64,000 bases of DNA from an uncultured delta proteobacterium (GTDB lineage Bacteria > Desulfobacterota > Binatia > UBA9968), in contig CAVTUQ010000019.1 of the NCBI GenBank assembly GCA_963737905.1, positions 128,001-192,000 of the forward strand, given 5' to 3'. Below are positions 19,687-30,275 of the stretch, piece by piece. Positions within the stretch are counted from its first letter, which is position 1. The number at the start of each line of letters is the position of its first letter. The notes under the pieces were generated by a model. The model was not told the origin of the DNA. It made no database searches and saw nothing but the letters and a program-made list of their open reading frames with translations. The translations under genes and the position numbers were made by a program.

Positions 19687-21177
19687 TCACGGCTTGAATA
19701 TCGCGAAATCAAAGGTGGCGGCGAGCAACACCAGGATGGCCAAGAATGCCGCGCCATACGTCGAAGGTTCGCGGGCAGTGTACTGGATCGGGTCTTCCGT
19801 TAGTTCACCTCTCCTGCAGATCACCCATAGACGGCTGATATAATATAACAGGATGGGTTGCAGGCCCCAAAGGAAGATCGGCTGTCGATAGAGCAATTGT
19901 ACGGTCTCACTGTTGATGTAGAGGGCGAGTACCAGGGACGACAAGAATCCGCTGCACATGCCGGCAATACAGACCGCGTCCAGATCGGTTGTCACATACC
20001 CCCGTCCCGGGATGACTTTTCGATTATCCTGCTGGTGCTGAATCAAATCGGCGGCACGTTTGCTGAAGGCCAGACTGAGGAACAGAAAAAAAGCGAAGGA
20101 CAACAGCCACGGTGAGAGAACGATCCCAGTAGCCGCGCTGCCGGCGACGACCCGCAACGTGTACAGAAGAGCCAGAGTGAGCACGTCCACTACAAGGAGA
20201 CGCTTCAAGAAGAGCGAGTACACGCAGGTCAGCACGAGGTAAGCGATCAACGCGCTCACGAACGCGCGTGGAACCCAGGTGGCTATCGCCGCGCTAGCCG
20301 AAAGCGATGCGATTGTGAGCAAAATACCGGAACCGATGGCCGCCCGGCCCGAAGCGAAAGGGCGTTGCTTTTTGATAGGATGGCGGCGGTCCTCCTCCAG
20401 GTCCAGCAAGTCGTTCAGAATATAGCCGGCGGAAGCCGCAAATCCGAAGGAGAGAAATGCCAGTGTCGCGTTGCCGGCAACAGATAAATCGAAAACGGTG
20501 TGCGAGGTGATCGCTGGAACGAAGAGCAGCAAATTCTTCACCCATTGGTAAAAACGCATCGAGCGGAGGGCCTCGCGGAGGTGGGTGAGCGGGCGGGGAA
20601 AGACGCGCACCACGTTCCCTGCACGGCGGGCCGAGCGTTCCACGCGCCCGGAGGTATTCACCAGAATCGCATGCCGGCAGCCGCGCCAGATCTCCAGGTC
20701 TGCGCTTGAATTGCCGACGTAGTCAAACTTTTCTCCGCAGACTTCCATGATGGTTTCGAGCTTTTTTCGTCCCTTCAAATTGCGTTGTCCATCGCTCCCC
20801 AGCACCGTGTCGAAAAGGGCGAGCGGTTCGACTACCGAGCACGCTTGGTGATAATCGGACGCTGTCGCGAGTACCAAACGTCTGCCGCGTGCCTTCTCAT
20901 CTCTCAGCCACGCCAACAGTTCCTTATGGGAGGGTAGGAGTGAGACGTCAATCCGAACCCGCTGGAAAATTCTGTGCTTCAGATAGGCCCGCCCGCGCAA
21001 CAGCCAAAGAGGCACAAACAGAACCCGCCACGGCGTCTGCTTGATGAGTCGTAACGCGGACTCGAGGAGGAGATCGGTGCGGAGCAGTGTTCCATCCAGG
21101 TCCACCACTAACGGAGGAGCCTCCGAGCAAGACTCGCTCCGATTACACACGGCTTCCACTGGCCAATGTTGAGTCAT
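19687..21177 (-). CDS. HAD-UbiA fusion, polyprenyl-phosphate phosphoribosyltransferase (DPPR synthase-like)
   Basis: N-terminal VDLDGTL HAD motif. C-terminal R..QWVKN, YILNDLLD...DRRHP.K..RPFASG, YSLFLK, FSKR and EDPI. Confidence 0.88.
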   Translation of the reverse strand: MTQHWPVEAVCNRSESCSEAPPLVVDLDGTLLRTDLLLESALRLIKQTPWRVLFVPLWLLRGRAYLKHRIFQRVRIDVSLLPSHKELLAWLRDEKARGRRLVLATASDYHQACSVVEPLALFDTVLGSDGQRNLKGRKKLETIMEVCGEKFDYVGNSSADLEIWRGCRHAILVNTSGRVERSARRAGNVVRVFPRPLTHLREALRSMRFYQWVKNLLLFVPAITSHTVFDLSVAGNATLAFLSFGFAASAGYILNDLLDLEEDRRHPIKKQRPFASGRAAIGSGILLTIASLSASAAIATWVPRAFVSALIAYLVLTCVYSLFLKRLLVVDVLTLALLYTLRVVAGSAATGIVLSPWLLSFAFFLFLSLAFSKRAADLIQHQQDNRKVIPGRGYVTTDLDAVCIAGMCSGFLSSLVLALYINSETVQLLYRQPIFLWGLQPILLYYISRLWVICRRGELTEDPIQYTAREPSTYGAAFLAILVLLAATFDFAIFKP

Positions 21178-21380
21178 TTTCAGGAGCTGTTGGGCTGTAA
21201 TCTACCATGTACCAATAGCACACGACGCGCTTCCTAGCGGATTTAGGCCATTTTTAGGAGTTGTAGCCCTGGAAAATACCAATATCTTCCAGCACCGGCA
21301 AGTGGATACCACGTTTAAGAAAATTTTCACGCATCGGGCAACCGTAACGGCAATCGGAATACCGGGGGTTCGGCGCCATC

Positions 21381-21969
21381 CTATGCCCGCACTAGTACGT
21401 AAGTTACTCGCCTCAGGAGACCCAGCGAGCGGGAGTAGAGTGCCGCACTGACATCCAAGCGCAGGCCCTGGAAGGCCTGCCGCCAGCCCGTGTCAGTACG
21501 GTTCGAGCGCGGATGATTGAAAAACTCAAAGTTGAACAGACTGTCTATTGCGTAGGTACAGTACTTTTCGTACACATTTTCATATATCTCTTCAATGACG
21601 ATGATACGCTCTCGCTACTCTCCTAGCTTCCGCGAGAATAGCGTCGGGATCTCGAACGTGGTGTAACACCGTGATGATCAGAGCGACGTCGAAACTATCG
21701 TCGCCGAAGGGAAGTGTCGTGCCGTCGTAAGCCACAGGCACGATCTCGTCGACAAAGCTGAGGTTCTTGAGGTCAACCGGGACGACATTGTATCCAAGCC
21801 GTAGAAGCTCCTGGCAGAGAATACAGTTCCCGGCTCCCACGTCCAGGACACGATCGTCCGGGGCCAGATGGGAGCCGATCTCCGCTAGTTTCTCTCGCAC
21901 GCGCCAGAGGGCCAGGCGGCAAAGAGCCTGGCGCAGCGCGCTTATTTTCAAGAACGCTTTGAAGGACAT
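21381..21969 (-). CDS. Class I SAM-dependent methyltransferase, split by a +1 frameshift at about 21610
   Basis: VLDVGAG, TLPFGDDSFDV and VLHH. Removing one base gives VARRIIVIEEIYEN..., which joins ORF 21381-21575. Confidence 0.8.
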
Positions 21970-21983
21970 GGAGCAGCAAGCTC

Positions 21984-22013
21984 TTGACAATTATTTTACA
22001 GAATCCCTATCCT
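21984..22013 (+). promoter_or_regulatory. Candidate sigma70 promoter for the TMTC-like gene
   Basis: TTGACA-N18-TATCCT. Confidence 0.45.
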
Positions 22014-22129
22014 GATCCTATCTTATTCTTATCACGTCGCACGAAATCCAAATCAGTGAGTTCTGCCGAAGACCGTCCCGGCCACAGGATCGGGCAGCGA
22101 CGGTATAGCGCCAAAACGCTGAAACGCTT

Positions 22130-24269
22130 GTGGTAGACGCGAAGTCCAGGCAAAAGGCTAGGTCGGGGCGAGCCACGAAAACCGGAGTTGACCCGGTCTC
22201 TTCGGCGATTACATCGGCCCGACCGCTGTCTGTCCCTTGGCTTATTCCTGCGTTAATCGCCCTTATTACTTTCATCGTTTTTCTTCCCACCCTGCAAAAT
22301 GGTTTTGTCAATTGGGATGACGACTCACATCTAATCAACAATCCCCTTTACAGAGGCCTGGGATGGGAGCAGCTTCGCTGGATGTTTAGCACGTGCCTCA
22401 ATGGCTCTTGCATGCCCTTGAACTGGGTGACGTATGGTTTGGATTATGTTCTCTGGGGCATGAATCCCAGAGGATATCATTTCACGAGTTTACTCGTTCA
22501 CGTCGCCAACGGCGTGCTCTTTTATTTTCTGAGCCTGCGACTCCTCCGACTTGGTTTCGGAACTATTTTATCGAATCTGCCAATCCGGCTGGCGGCAGGT
22601 TTCTCTGCTCTTTTCTTTTCTCTCCATCCCTTGCAAGTTGAAGTCGTGGCATGGGCGACTGGCCGGGAAATAGCCATTGCCGGCTTTTTCTTCATTTTGA
22701 CCTTGATTTGTTACTTGAAGGCGGCTGAGAACGAGTCGGCGGGCTTGTCTCGCCGCGGATGGATGATTGGAGCCTGGGGCCTTTACGCCCTGTCTCTTTT
22801 GGGTAAAGAGATGGCGCTGACCTTGCCTTTCGCTCTTTTGGTTTTGGACATTTATCCCTTGAGGCGGCTCGGGGGCGGTCATGGGAGGTGGTTCGGACCA
22901 CAAGTTCGTCAGGTATGGTGGGAGAAAATACCATTCCTGCTTTTAGCCCTGGCGGCCGGCGTCAGAGCAACCTTAGAAAAGCAGCAAGCGGGAAGCATTT
23001 ATCCCATCGCAGATTATGGCTTGCTGCCCAGGGGCGCCCAGGTACTGTATAGCGTAGCATTTTACCCGTGGAAAACGCTCATGCCCGCCGGGCTATCTCC
23101 CCTCTACCCGTTGCATCCTTTCACCGGTCTTTGGAGCTTGCCCGTGCTGCTCAGCGGTGGGGTCGTGTTTGTGCTCAGTGTATCGTTTTTTATCGCCAGG
23201 CGTCGCTGGCCTGTCGGTTTAGCGGCGTGGCTGTTTTATGTTTTACTACTCGCACCGGTGAGCGGTATCCTTGCGTTTGGTCCCTATCGCGCCGCTGATC
23301 GGTTTAGCTATCTGCCCTCCCTCGGCTGGGCCGTCTTGGCGGGAGCAGCGTTATTTTATTTCTGGCAACTTTGGGCCGGCGGTCGTATCGGACGACGAAT
23401 ATGGTTTTTGGCGCCGTCTTTTTCCGTCCTGCTCTTAATTGCTTTAGCGGCTTTGACTTGGGGTCAAACGCAAATTTGGCATGACTCTGAGAGGCTGTGG
23501 AGGCATGCGCTGGCTGTTGATGAAAGGTCAAGTATCGCACATAACAATTTGGGCCTTGTCCTCGCCGAACGCGGTAGCCTTGAAGAAGCGATTGATGAGT
23601 TCCGGCGGGCCGTGGAAATCGATCCCTTGTTCGTGGAAGGGCAGACAAATCTGGGAAATTTTCTTGCGCAGCGGGGTTCAACAGAGGAAGCGATCTCTCA
23701 TCTGCGAAAGGCTTTAGCGATCGATCCGGCGTTTGCCAACGCGCACAATACGCTGGGCAATATTCTTGACTGATAGAGGCGAATCGGATCGGGCAATTGA
23801 GCACTTTCGCCAGGCGCTGCAAACAAACCCAAAATCCGCAATGACGTACTATAACTTGGGGCGGGCCCTTGCCAAGCGTGGAGATCTCACAGAGGCCACA
23901 GAAAGCTATCGCAAGGCCGCGGAACTTAACCCGAGTGATCCCGACGTGTACAACAACTTGGGTCTGGTTTTGCAAAGCCAGGGCAGGCTGCCGGAAGCCG
24001 CCGAGCAATTTCACAATGCTTTACGAATCGACCCGAAATACGTGAAGGCATATTTTAACCTTGGAAAGACTTTTGCCGGGCAAGGAAAGTTTGATGAGGC
24101 GGTGGAAAACTTCCGTAGGGCGGTACGGATTCAGCCCGGATCAGCCGAGATTCACGAGCAGCTGGCGCGCGCTCTTGCGCAAGAGGGAAAGAAAGAGGAA
24201 GCGCTTCAGCACTATCAAGAAGCGCTAAGACTCGTGAAAGCCCGGCAAGGAGTGCGTCCTGGCAATTAG
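22130..24269 (+). CDS. TMTC-like membrane glycosyltransferase (GT-C) with C-terminal TPRs, +1 frameshift at about 23769
   Basis: NGFVNWDD, GYH.TSLLVH, LHPLQVEVVAW, LLGKE, ADRFSYLP and W.D...LW, followed by TPRs (AHNNLG). Deleting A23769 gives LGNILADRG, matching the sibling repeats. Confidence 0.85.
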
Positions 24270-24362
24270 GGTGTCCAGTCGACCTCGTTAAAAGTTGCAC
24301 AGGGGCACCGATTTTCACCGGCCCGATGTGTGAACTACTTTGCCTTGTAATACTTCTGGGCT

Positions 24363-24566
24363 TCAGGTAACCCCCGCTTTTCGAGTCCCGTCGCTCGGGT
24401 GCGTGTATAGGAACTCGGGGGGCTTCTCATCTTGTTGGAGCTTGGACATCCTTTCCCAAAACCCCACGGCGGCGGAAAGATCACAACCTGCCTTGGCCAT
24501 CAAGATAGACAGGCTGAAAGACCCCAGTAGGAGTAAGACGCCAAAACTAAGCCATTTTGTGTACAC
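24363..24566 (-). pseudogene. Remnant of an M48 (YfgC/Oma1-like) metallopeptidase
   Basis: A hydrophobic N-terminus is joined directly to LMAKAGCDLSAAVGFWERM...KPPEFLYTHPSDGTR, the typical M48 C-terminal segment. There is no HExxH. Confidence 0.6.
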
Positions 24567-24782
24567 TATCTTTTATGTGTTCCGACGTGTTTTCAGTTAC
24601 ATTTCCGGTCGCTTGCCAAGTCGCAGGCCGAAGGGAGATTGTTTAGACAGTACCTAGCGGACCCGATGGCTTGTGTCAAATCTGGCCTTAGATTGAATCC
24701 CAATACTAGATGTTGTGGGCTGGTTCCTGCTGATCGGCTGGAACGGCGGGGAAAAATGTGCTGAAATTTCCCGATTTTTTCC

Positions 24783-24811
24783 TTGACAAGGAAAACCGCT
24801 TGTACTACTTT
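24783..24811 (+). promoter_or_regulatory. Sigma70 promoter of the ompA-like gene
   Basis: TTGACA-N17-TACTTT, about 40 bp upstream of the ATG and its GGAGGGAG RBS. Confidence 0.6.
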
Positions 24812-24848
24812 GGGCGAAAATTTGTAAATTTTTTTCTGGGAGGGAGCG

Positions 24849-25559
24849 ATGGAGAAAAACAAATACCTAGCCATCAGCACGCTTGGTTTTTTCCTGACGG
24901 GTTGTGCGGGGATGACTAAGTGGCAAGCTGCAACAGTGGGTGCTATCACCTGTGGAGCGGCCGGAGCAGCGGGTGGAGGAGTGGCCGCAAACAATGGTGT
25001 GGAAGGTCATAAGAGAAACATAGGCGCTGGGGTGGCGATCGGCATGACGACCGGCGCTTTGCTTTGCGGCGGTCTGGGGTACTTGCTAGCGCAGGAGCCC
25101 AAACCTAAGCCACCACCGCCACCGCCGCCACCACCGCCACCGCCACCACCACCGCCGCCACCACCGCCACCAAAACCAAAGCCGCCACCGCCGCCACCGC
25201 CGCCACCGGCGCCGAAGGTCGAGCGGACGATCATCCTGGATGACGTGTTGTTCGATTTTGACAAGAGCACGATCAAGCCTGAAGCGGCGAAGATTCTCGA
25301 TCGGCTGGTAGCGTTCATGAACGAGAACAAAGATAAGAAAGTCGCTTTATCGGGTTTCACGGACAGCATCGGGACGGAGGCCTACAATTTGAAGCTATCC
25401 GATCGACGCTGGATGTCGGTTAGGGATTATGTGGTGAAACATGGTGTGGAGGGCGGCCGGGTCTCGGGTCAGGGATTCGGAGAATCCAAACCGATCGCTG
25501 ACAACAAGACTGCGGAGGGCCGTAGCAAGAACCGCAGGGTCGAAATAAAAGTGGACTAG
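24849..25559 (+). CDS. OmpA-family peptidoglycan-binding lipoprotein with glycine zipper and polyproline linker
   Basis: Lipobox LTGC, Gly-rich helices, a P21/P9 linker, and OmpA motifs FDFDKS, GFTDSIG...YN..LS.RR and NRRVE. Confidence 0.92.
   Translation: MEKNKYLAISTLGFFLTGCAGMTKWQAATVGAITCGAAGAAGGGVAANNGVEGHKRNIGAGVAIGMTTGALLCGGLGYLLAQEPKPKPPPPPPPPPPPPPPPPPPPPPKPKPPPPPPPPPAPKVERTIILDDVLFDFDKSTIKPEAAKILDRLVAFMNENKDKKVALSGFTDSIGTEAYNLKLSDRRWMSVRDYVVKHGVEGGRVSGQGFGESKPIADNKTAEGRSKNRRVEIKVD
25110..25208 (+). repeat. CCA/CCG trinucleotide repeat encoding P21-KPK-P9
   Basis: Read directly: 63 nt plus 27 nt of CCA/CCG codons only. Confidence 0.95.
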
Positions 25560-25584
25560 ACGGATCACTGAAGGGGGAACAGCA

Positions 25585-25977
25585 ATGCGGAACAGACAAA
25601 AAGCAGCGGCCATTGTCCTGGTATTCGGGTTGCTGTTCCCTGTATTATCCTCAGCTCAGAGTTTGAGTTTTAAGGAGATTCAATCTCGCGTATCTGAGTA
25701 CAAAAGCTGGCTGGATAAGCTCGGTGCCAATGGGTTGCATTACTGGCTTAGAGTCGACGGTACCAAAAGACCTCATCGGCTTTACGTGGGAGAAGGGTTC
25801 ATGCAGGCTACCACGGGTGAGAAAGAGGAATTTATAGAAATCTTCTCCCGCTACCTTGCCGGTCATCCGGAGAAAAACATGCTCATCGATATCTATGACG
25901 GGTCCACCGGCAAGGAAATTGGTGAATATGGATTCGGCGGCTTTAAGCTTTTCACTGTAACGGCTCCCCCTCGATAG
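25585..25977 (+). CDS. Hypothetical exported protein
   Basis: Signal peptide ending SSA|QS, GGGGG RBS, co-oriented with the ompA-like gene and followed by a terminator. Confidence 0.75.
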   Translation: MRNRQKAAAIVLVFGLLFPVLSSAQSLSFKEIQSRVSEYKSWLDKLGANGLHYWLRVDGTKRPHRLYVGEGFMQATTGEKEEFIEIFSRYLAGHPEKNMLIDIYDGSTGKEIGEYGFGGFKLFTVTAPPR

Positions 25978-26006
25978 TTTCCTTTCACGAAAGCAAACTG
26001 CTCTCG

Positions 26007-26047
26007 AACCAGGAGGTCCGGAAATCGGGCTTCCTGGTTTTTTTTCT
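26007..26047 (+). terminator. Rho-independent terminator
   Basis: AACCAGGAGGTCCG-gaaat-CGGGCTTCCTGGTT stem (with G-U pairs) followed by a T-run. Confidence 0.8.
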
Positions 26048-26098
26048 TTGGTTTTCTAAATTCAAGAGAACGCGATCGGTGCCTAGTTATTAAAAACC

Positions 26099-27430
26099 AT
26101 GCGCTCTTTGCAACAGCAACGGCAAGACGCACGCAGCATATTTGAAGCGGGCCTCGAAGCGTCCGACCCCATGGTGTTGATACGAAGGGGTGTGCGAGTG
26201 GACGGGCAGATTCTTCGCGCCGGCGAACGTCTTTACGATTTGGCAACCTACGGTCATCTCTTTGTGGTCGGCGCGGGCAAGGCGACAGCGAAAATGGCTC
26301 TCGCCGTCGAAGATCTGTTGGGGGAAAGGATTAGCGGAGGAATCGTCATTGTCAAGCGAGGACATACCGTTCCGCTGAGGAAACTAGAGGTTGTCGAAGC
26401 CGCCCACCCGCTCCCGGATCAAGCAGGAGTTGACGCTACTGAGACCATTATCGGGTTGCTGAGACGGGCTCAAAAAACGGATTTCATTCTTTGTCTCATT
26501 TCCGGGGGCGCGTCTGCGCTGCTGTCGTCTCCCGCGATGAGTCTAAGCTTGCACGATAAGCAACAAACCACGCAGGCGTTTCTGAACTGTGGTGCGAGGA
26601 TTCAAGAAATCAACGCGATCCGTAAGCATATTTCCAAAGTCAAAGGAGGTCGACTTGCGCAGCTGGCCCATCCTTCGACTGTTCTATCGCTGATTCTATC
26701 GGATGTGATCGACGACTCCATTGACTCCATTGGTTCGGGACCGACGGCTCCTGACTCGAGCACGTTTGCCGATTGTCTGTCTGCTATTGATCGCTATCGT
26801 GTTGGAGAAATGATTCCCGTCGCCGTGACCCGCTTGCTGAAAAAGGGAGCCGCAGGAGAAATCATAGAAACTCCCAAAGCGGGCGATCCAATCTTTCATA
26901 AAGTCCAAAATCTCATTGTCGGCGATAACCAGTTAGCCTTGTTAGCCGCCAAAGAAAAAGCCGAGACGTTGGGATATGACACGCGAGTTCTTTCGAGCTC
27001 GATTGAAGGCGAAGCGAGGGAGGTGGCGACCGAGCACGCGGTTATGGCAAGAGATATCCTGTCGGATTCCAGTCGGATTCGCCGTCCCGCTTGTATTATT
27101 TCCGGTGGAGAGACGACGGTAACAATCCAAGGTGATGGCTTGGGCGGCCGGAACCAAGAATTCGCGCTCGCGGCGGCCATCGAAATTGACGGGCTGGAGG
27201 GCGTTGTGGTTCTAAGTGGAGGCACGGACGGCACGGACGGGCCGACGGATGCGGCGGGCGGAATCGTTGACGGGACAACGGTTCAGCGCGCACGGGACCA
27301 GGGACTCGATGCACGAGGGTATCTCAGAACAAACGATTCGTACCCTTTTCTAAAGACCGTCGGCGATTTGCTCGTGACGGGACCGACACTGACAAACGTC
27401 ATGGACCTCCGGATGGTCCTCATTGCCTGA
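26099..27430 (+). CDS. Glycerate 2-kinase (class II, MOFRL/TtuD family)
   Basis: Motifs GAGKA, AHPLPD, LISGGASAL, RKHISKVKGG, SDV, GGETTV, GGRNQE, TDGTDG and TLTNVMD. Confidence 0.92.
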   Translation: MRSLQQQRQDARSIFEAGLEASDPMVLIRRGVRVDGQILRAGERLYDLATYGHLFVVGAGKATAKMALAVEDLLGERISGGIVIVKRGHTVPLRKLEVVEAAHPLPDQAGVDATETIIGLLRRAQKTDFILCLISGGASALLSSPAMSLSLHDKQQTTQAFLNCGARIQEINAIRKHISKVKGGRLAQLAHPSTVLSLILSDVIDDSIDSIGSGPTAPDSSTFADCLSAIDRYRVGEMIPVAVTRLLKKGAAGEIIETPKAGDPIFHKVQNLIVGDNQLALLAAKEKAETLGYDTRVLSSSIEGEAREVATEHAVMARDILSDSSRIRRPACIISGGETTVTIQGDGLGGRNQEFALAAAIEIDGLEGVVVLSGGTDGTDGPTDAAGGIVDGTTVQRARDQGLDARGYLRTNDSYPFLKTVGDLLVTGPTLTNVMDLRMVLIA

Positions 27431-27586
27431 AGGCGAAAGCAGTCTTCTCCATTCGCCTCCTTCCCGCACCGTCATCCGTGCCCACCCGGGTAGTTGATTT
27501 CGTAAACCATCCGTGATTAAAGTTCTGGCTTTCGGAAGCATTTGTTTTGAACCCATAACATAACCGACGTCGGATGGAGTGAGGAA

Positions 27587-27802
27587 ATGATTGACGTCAG
27601 CTTGCGAGGAGTTCGCTGTCGGGCGGCCCAAGAAATTCTCGATCTCGATGGAACCATTGGCGCTGCCACCGAGGGCACGATTGTCTATGAACTCGAGGGA
27701 GAAGGGGGACAACTGGTACACGTTCAGTGGGACAATGGGACGAGCTCCCTTGTTTCCGCGGAGGAGATTGAGATCACCGACCGCGCCGTGATCTGGCAAT
27801 AA
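27587..27802 (+). CDS. Small hypothetical protein (SH3-like beta barrel, DUF4314-like)
   Basis: GAGG RBS; GT.v...VHVQWDNG pattern. Confidence 0.55.
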   Translation: MIDVSLRGVRCRAAQEILDLDGTIGAATEGTIVYELEGEGGQLVHVQWDNGTSSLVSAEEIEITDRAVIWQ

Positions 27803-27851
27803 CAGAGCTGCAGCTGGGTGGGTCCGCGCAGAGTGAAAACATTTTGGGGAG

Positions 27852-30275
27852 TTAACTAACCTTGACCGCAAGCTTCTGGCCTAACGCCCGGATGTCTTTC
27901 AGCCACGTCTCGGCTGCTTTATCACCCTGCTCCTTCTCCCGTTGCATCTTTGGATAGACGTTTTCGAGAAGGCGGTAGTAGCTGTTTTGGATTTTCCACA
28001 GGTCCACGGGAAAGGGGAGGATTTGAATGATGCTGACGGCAGTGTCCAGCTTCTTTAATTGATTCTCGCTCGGATCTGATGCCAGACGCTCCGCCAGTCG
28101 TTCGAGATTGTGCCGATAGGCGAATTCCAAGGTAGCCGCATCGACGGACACGCCTTCGAGCCAGGCGGTCTCAAGCAGCCCGCGAATTCGGTCTACGTCT
28201 ACATCGTCTTTTTCGAGTGCTTCGCGCAGGTAGCCGTTGAGCACGAATTCCGCCGCCGAGTGAAAAGCTTTGGGCAGCGGGATATGAAGGTTGGTGAGAA
28301 AGCGCATCATGGGCGCGCGGTGTTCATAGATCTGCCGGTAGAGCGCCTCGGCTTCCCGCAAGGTGGACTCGAGTATCACGTTTAGCACTTTGCGCTGCTC
28401 ATCGCGAAACAGCCAGCTGATCGAATAATTCGACTCGCCAAAGCGCCGGTTCATGATGCGGATGACTTCCGCGAAATCGGCGTGCATGAACGGCTCGACT
28501 TCTTCCCGCGTCAATTCTTGGTAAGCATCGGTCCCCTGAAACCTGCGCACGCCTCCGTTAACGTTGTGATCACCCATGTGCAGCACACCAAAACTCAGCA
28601 TTTCCGATTCTTGAGTGATTTCCGATGTGAGCTTTACCCGGCCCACAGCCATTTTGGCTAAGCCGGCGCTGAAAACTTGGTAGTCCTCACGCTCTGCCTT
28701 GAAACAATAGAGCTTCGTTCGCTCCGAATAATCTTCGAAGAGAGAGCTCACCGCGTAGTGTGCGCCGACCCGTTCAAAATCGACCCGGGCGGGCTTCACA
28801 AAGTTTTCATAGATACGCCCGCCGTCGCGGTGTTCCGGGATGTTGCTCTTGGCCTTTGCCAGCCGCTCAACGAATTGTTCTTCCAGGGAGTCGCCGAACA
28901 GGTTTTGGGCCAATTGGACGGCGCGCCCAGCGTATTGGATGATCTGCACGGTTTCGAGGCCTGAGATTTCATCGAAGAACCAGCCGCAGCTCGTATACAT
29001 AAGCATGGCGTGGCGTTGCATTTCGAGCAGCTTCAGCGCTTGGATCAATTCTTTTTCGGTCAAAGGGCGGGCGCGATGGCGGGCGAGAAACGCGTCGACA
29101 TTTGCCGCGGAACGGTCGAGCACCACGCCCACGTAGTCGTCCCGTGCCGCCCACGGATTTTTTAAATATCGCGCGCCGAGTTCTTGATAGCGCGCCGCCA
29201 CCGAGTCGCGCAGCCAATCCAAGGCGTTCCGAAGCGGTACGCGCCATTCTTGGTTCCAACTTGGGTGGCCTCCCGAGTTGCAACCGCAGTTGCTCCACCA
29301 CCTGTCGATGCCGTGGAAACAGCTCCAGGAGGTTCCGTCGATGATCTCGACTTGGTAGGTCGGGGGATGCCGTTCGAGATATTCGCCATAGTTCGTAAGT
29401 CGGGCTAATTGATTAGACTCGATGGTGTTCAAGGCGTAGGCCAATGCCATGTCGCCAAAGCGATGGTGATGGCCATAGCTCTCTCCGTCGGTGGCGATAT
29501 GCACCAGTTCAGGCCAGTCGCGCTCCTCGGAGAAAGCGCCCGCAAGGCGGTGGGCGAAATTCTCGCCGCTGGACAATAAATTCTCAAACGCGACGGCTCG
29601 GGAAACCGGCCCGTCGTAAAAGAACAGCGCGATTGTGCGACCCGAAGGCAGCCGTTGCTCGTAGGCCTGGGTCGGATCGATGTACCCGCCTTTAACGTCG
29701 CGCCATGCGCGGCCGCCGAGCCGCCGGACGCGCCCGGCCTGGTGCGGTGCGAGGATGGTAAATTTGATCCCCATCTCAGCGAGAATTTCCAGCGTTGCTA
29801 GATCCACGGCGGTTTCCGGAAGCCACATTCCTTCCGGCTGCCGTTGGAAACGACGCTCGAAGTCGGAGATGCCCCAGAGGATTTGGGTGCGCTGGTCGCG
29901 GCCGTTAGCCAGCGGAAGGATCATATGATTGTACGCCTGAGCCAATGCGGAGCCGTGACCGGAATAATTCCTTTGACTTTCCCGGTCCGCCTCCAGAACC
30001 GCGCCATAAACATCCGGCGCTTTCGCCTCCAGCCAAGAGAGCAAGGTGGGGCCGAAATTAAAACTGATCTTGGAGTAGTTGTTGACGAGCCGGATGATTT
30101 GGTTGTCGCCGTCGAGAATCCGCGACACGGAATTCGGCGCATAGCACTCCGCTGCAATGCGCTCGTTCCAATCGTGATAGGGGTATGCCGAATCCTGCAG
30201 TTCGACGCTTTCGAGCCAAGGGTTCTCGCGGGGAGGTTGGTAGAAATGGCCGTGAATGCAAATGTAGCGTTCCAT
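27852..30275 (-). CDS. Glycoside hydrolase family 57 with DUF3536
   Basis: Motifs HGHFYQPPRENPW, WLPETA, ATDGESYGHH, SWSC.HG and MYTSCGWFFDE. Confidence 0.92.
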   Translation of the reverse strand: MERYICIHGHFYQPPRENPWLESVELQDSAYPYHDWNERIAAECYAPNSVSRILDGDNQIIRLVNNYSKISFNFGPTLLSWLEAKAPDVYGAVLEADRESQRNYSGHGSALAQAYNHMILPLANGRDQRTQILWGISDFERRFQRQPEGMWLPETAVDLATLEILAEMGIKFTILAPHQAGRVRRLGGRAWRDVKGGYIDPTQAYEQRLPSGRTIALFFYDGPVSRAVAFENLLSSGENFAHRLAGAFSEERDWPELVHIATDGESYGHHHRFGDMALAYALNTIESNQLARLTNYGEYLERHPPTYQVEIIDGTSWSCFHGIDRWWSNCGCNSGGHPSWNQEWRVPLRNALDWLRDSVAARYQELGARYLKNPWAARDDYVGVVLDRSAANVDAFLARHRARPLTEKELIQALKLLEMQRHAMLMYTSCGWFFDEISGLETVQIIQYAGRAVQLAQNLFGDSLEEQFVERLAKAKSNIPEHRDGGRIYENFVKPARVDFERVGAHYAVSSLFEDYSERTKLYCFKAEREDYQVFSAGLAKMAVGRVKLTSEITQESEMLSFGVLHMGDHNVNGGVRRFQGTDAYQELTREEVEPFMHADFAEVIRIMNRRFGESNYSISWLFRDEQRKVLNVILESTLREAEALYRQIYEHRAPMMRFLTNLHIPLPKAFHSAAEFVLNGYLREALEKDDVDVDRIRGLLETAWLEGVSVDAATLEFAYRHNLERLAERLASDPSENQLKKLDTAVSIIQILPFPVDLWKIQNSYYRLLENVYPKMQREKEQGDKAAETWLKDIRALGQKLAVKVS

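Noticed and set aside
25007-25369. Poly-glycine ORF on the minus strand
   Set aside because: It is the reverse complement of the polyproline tract.
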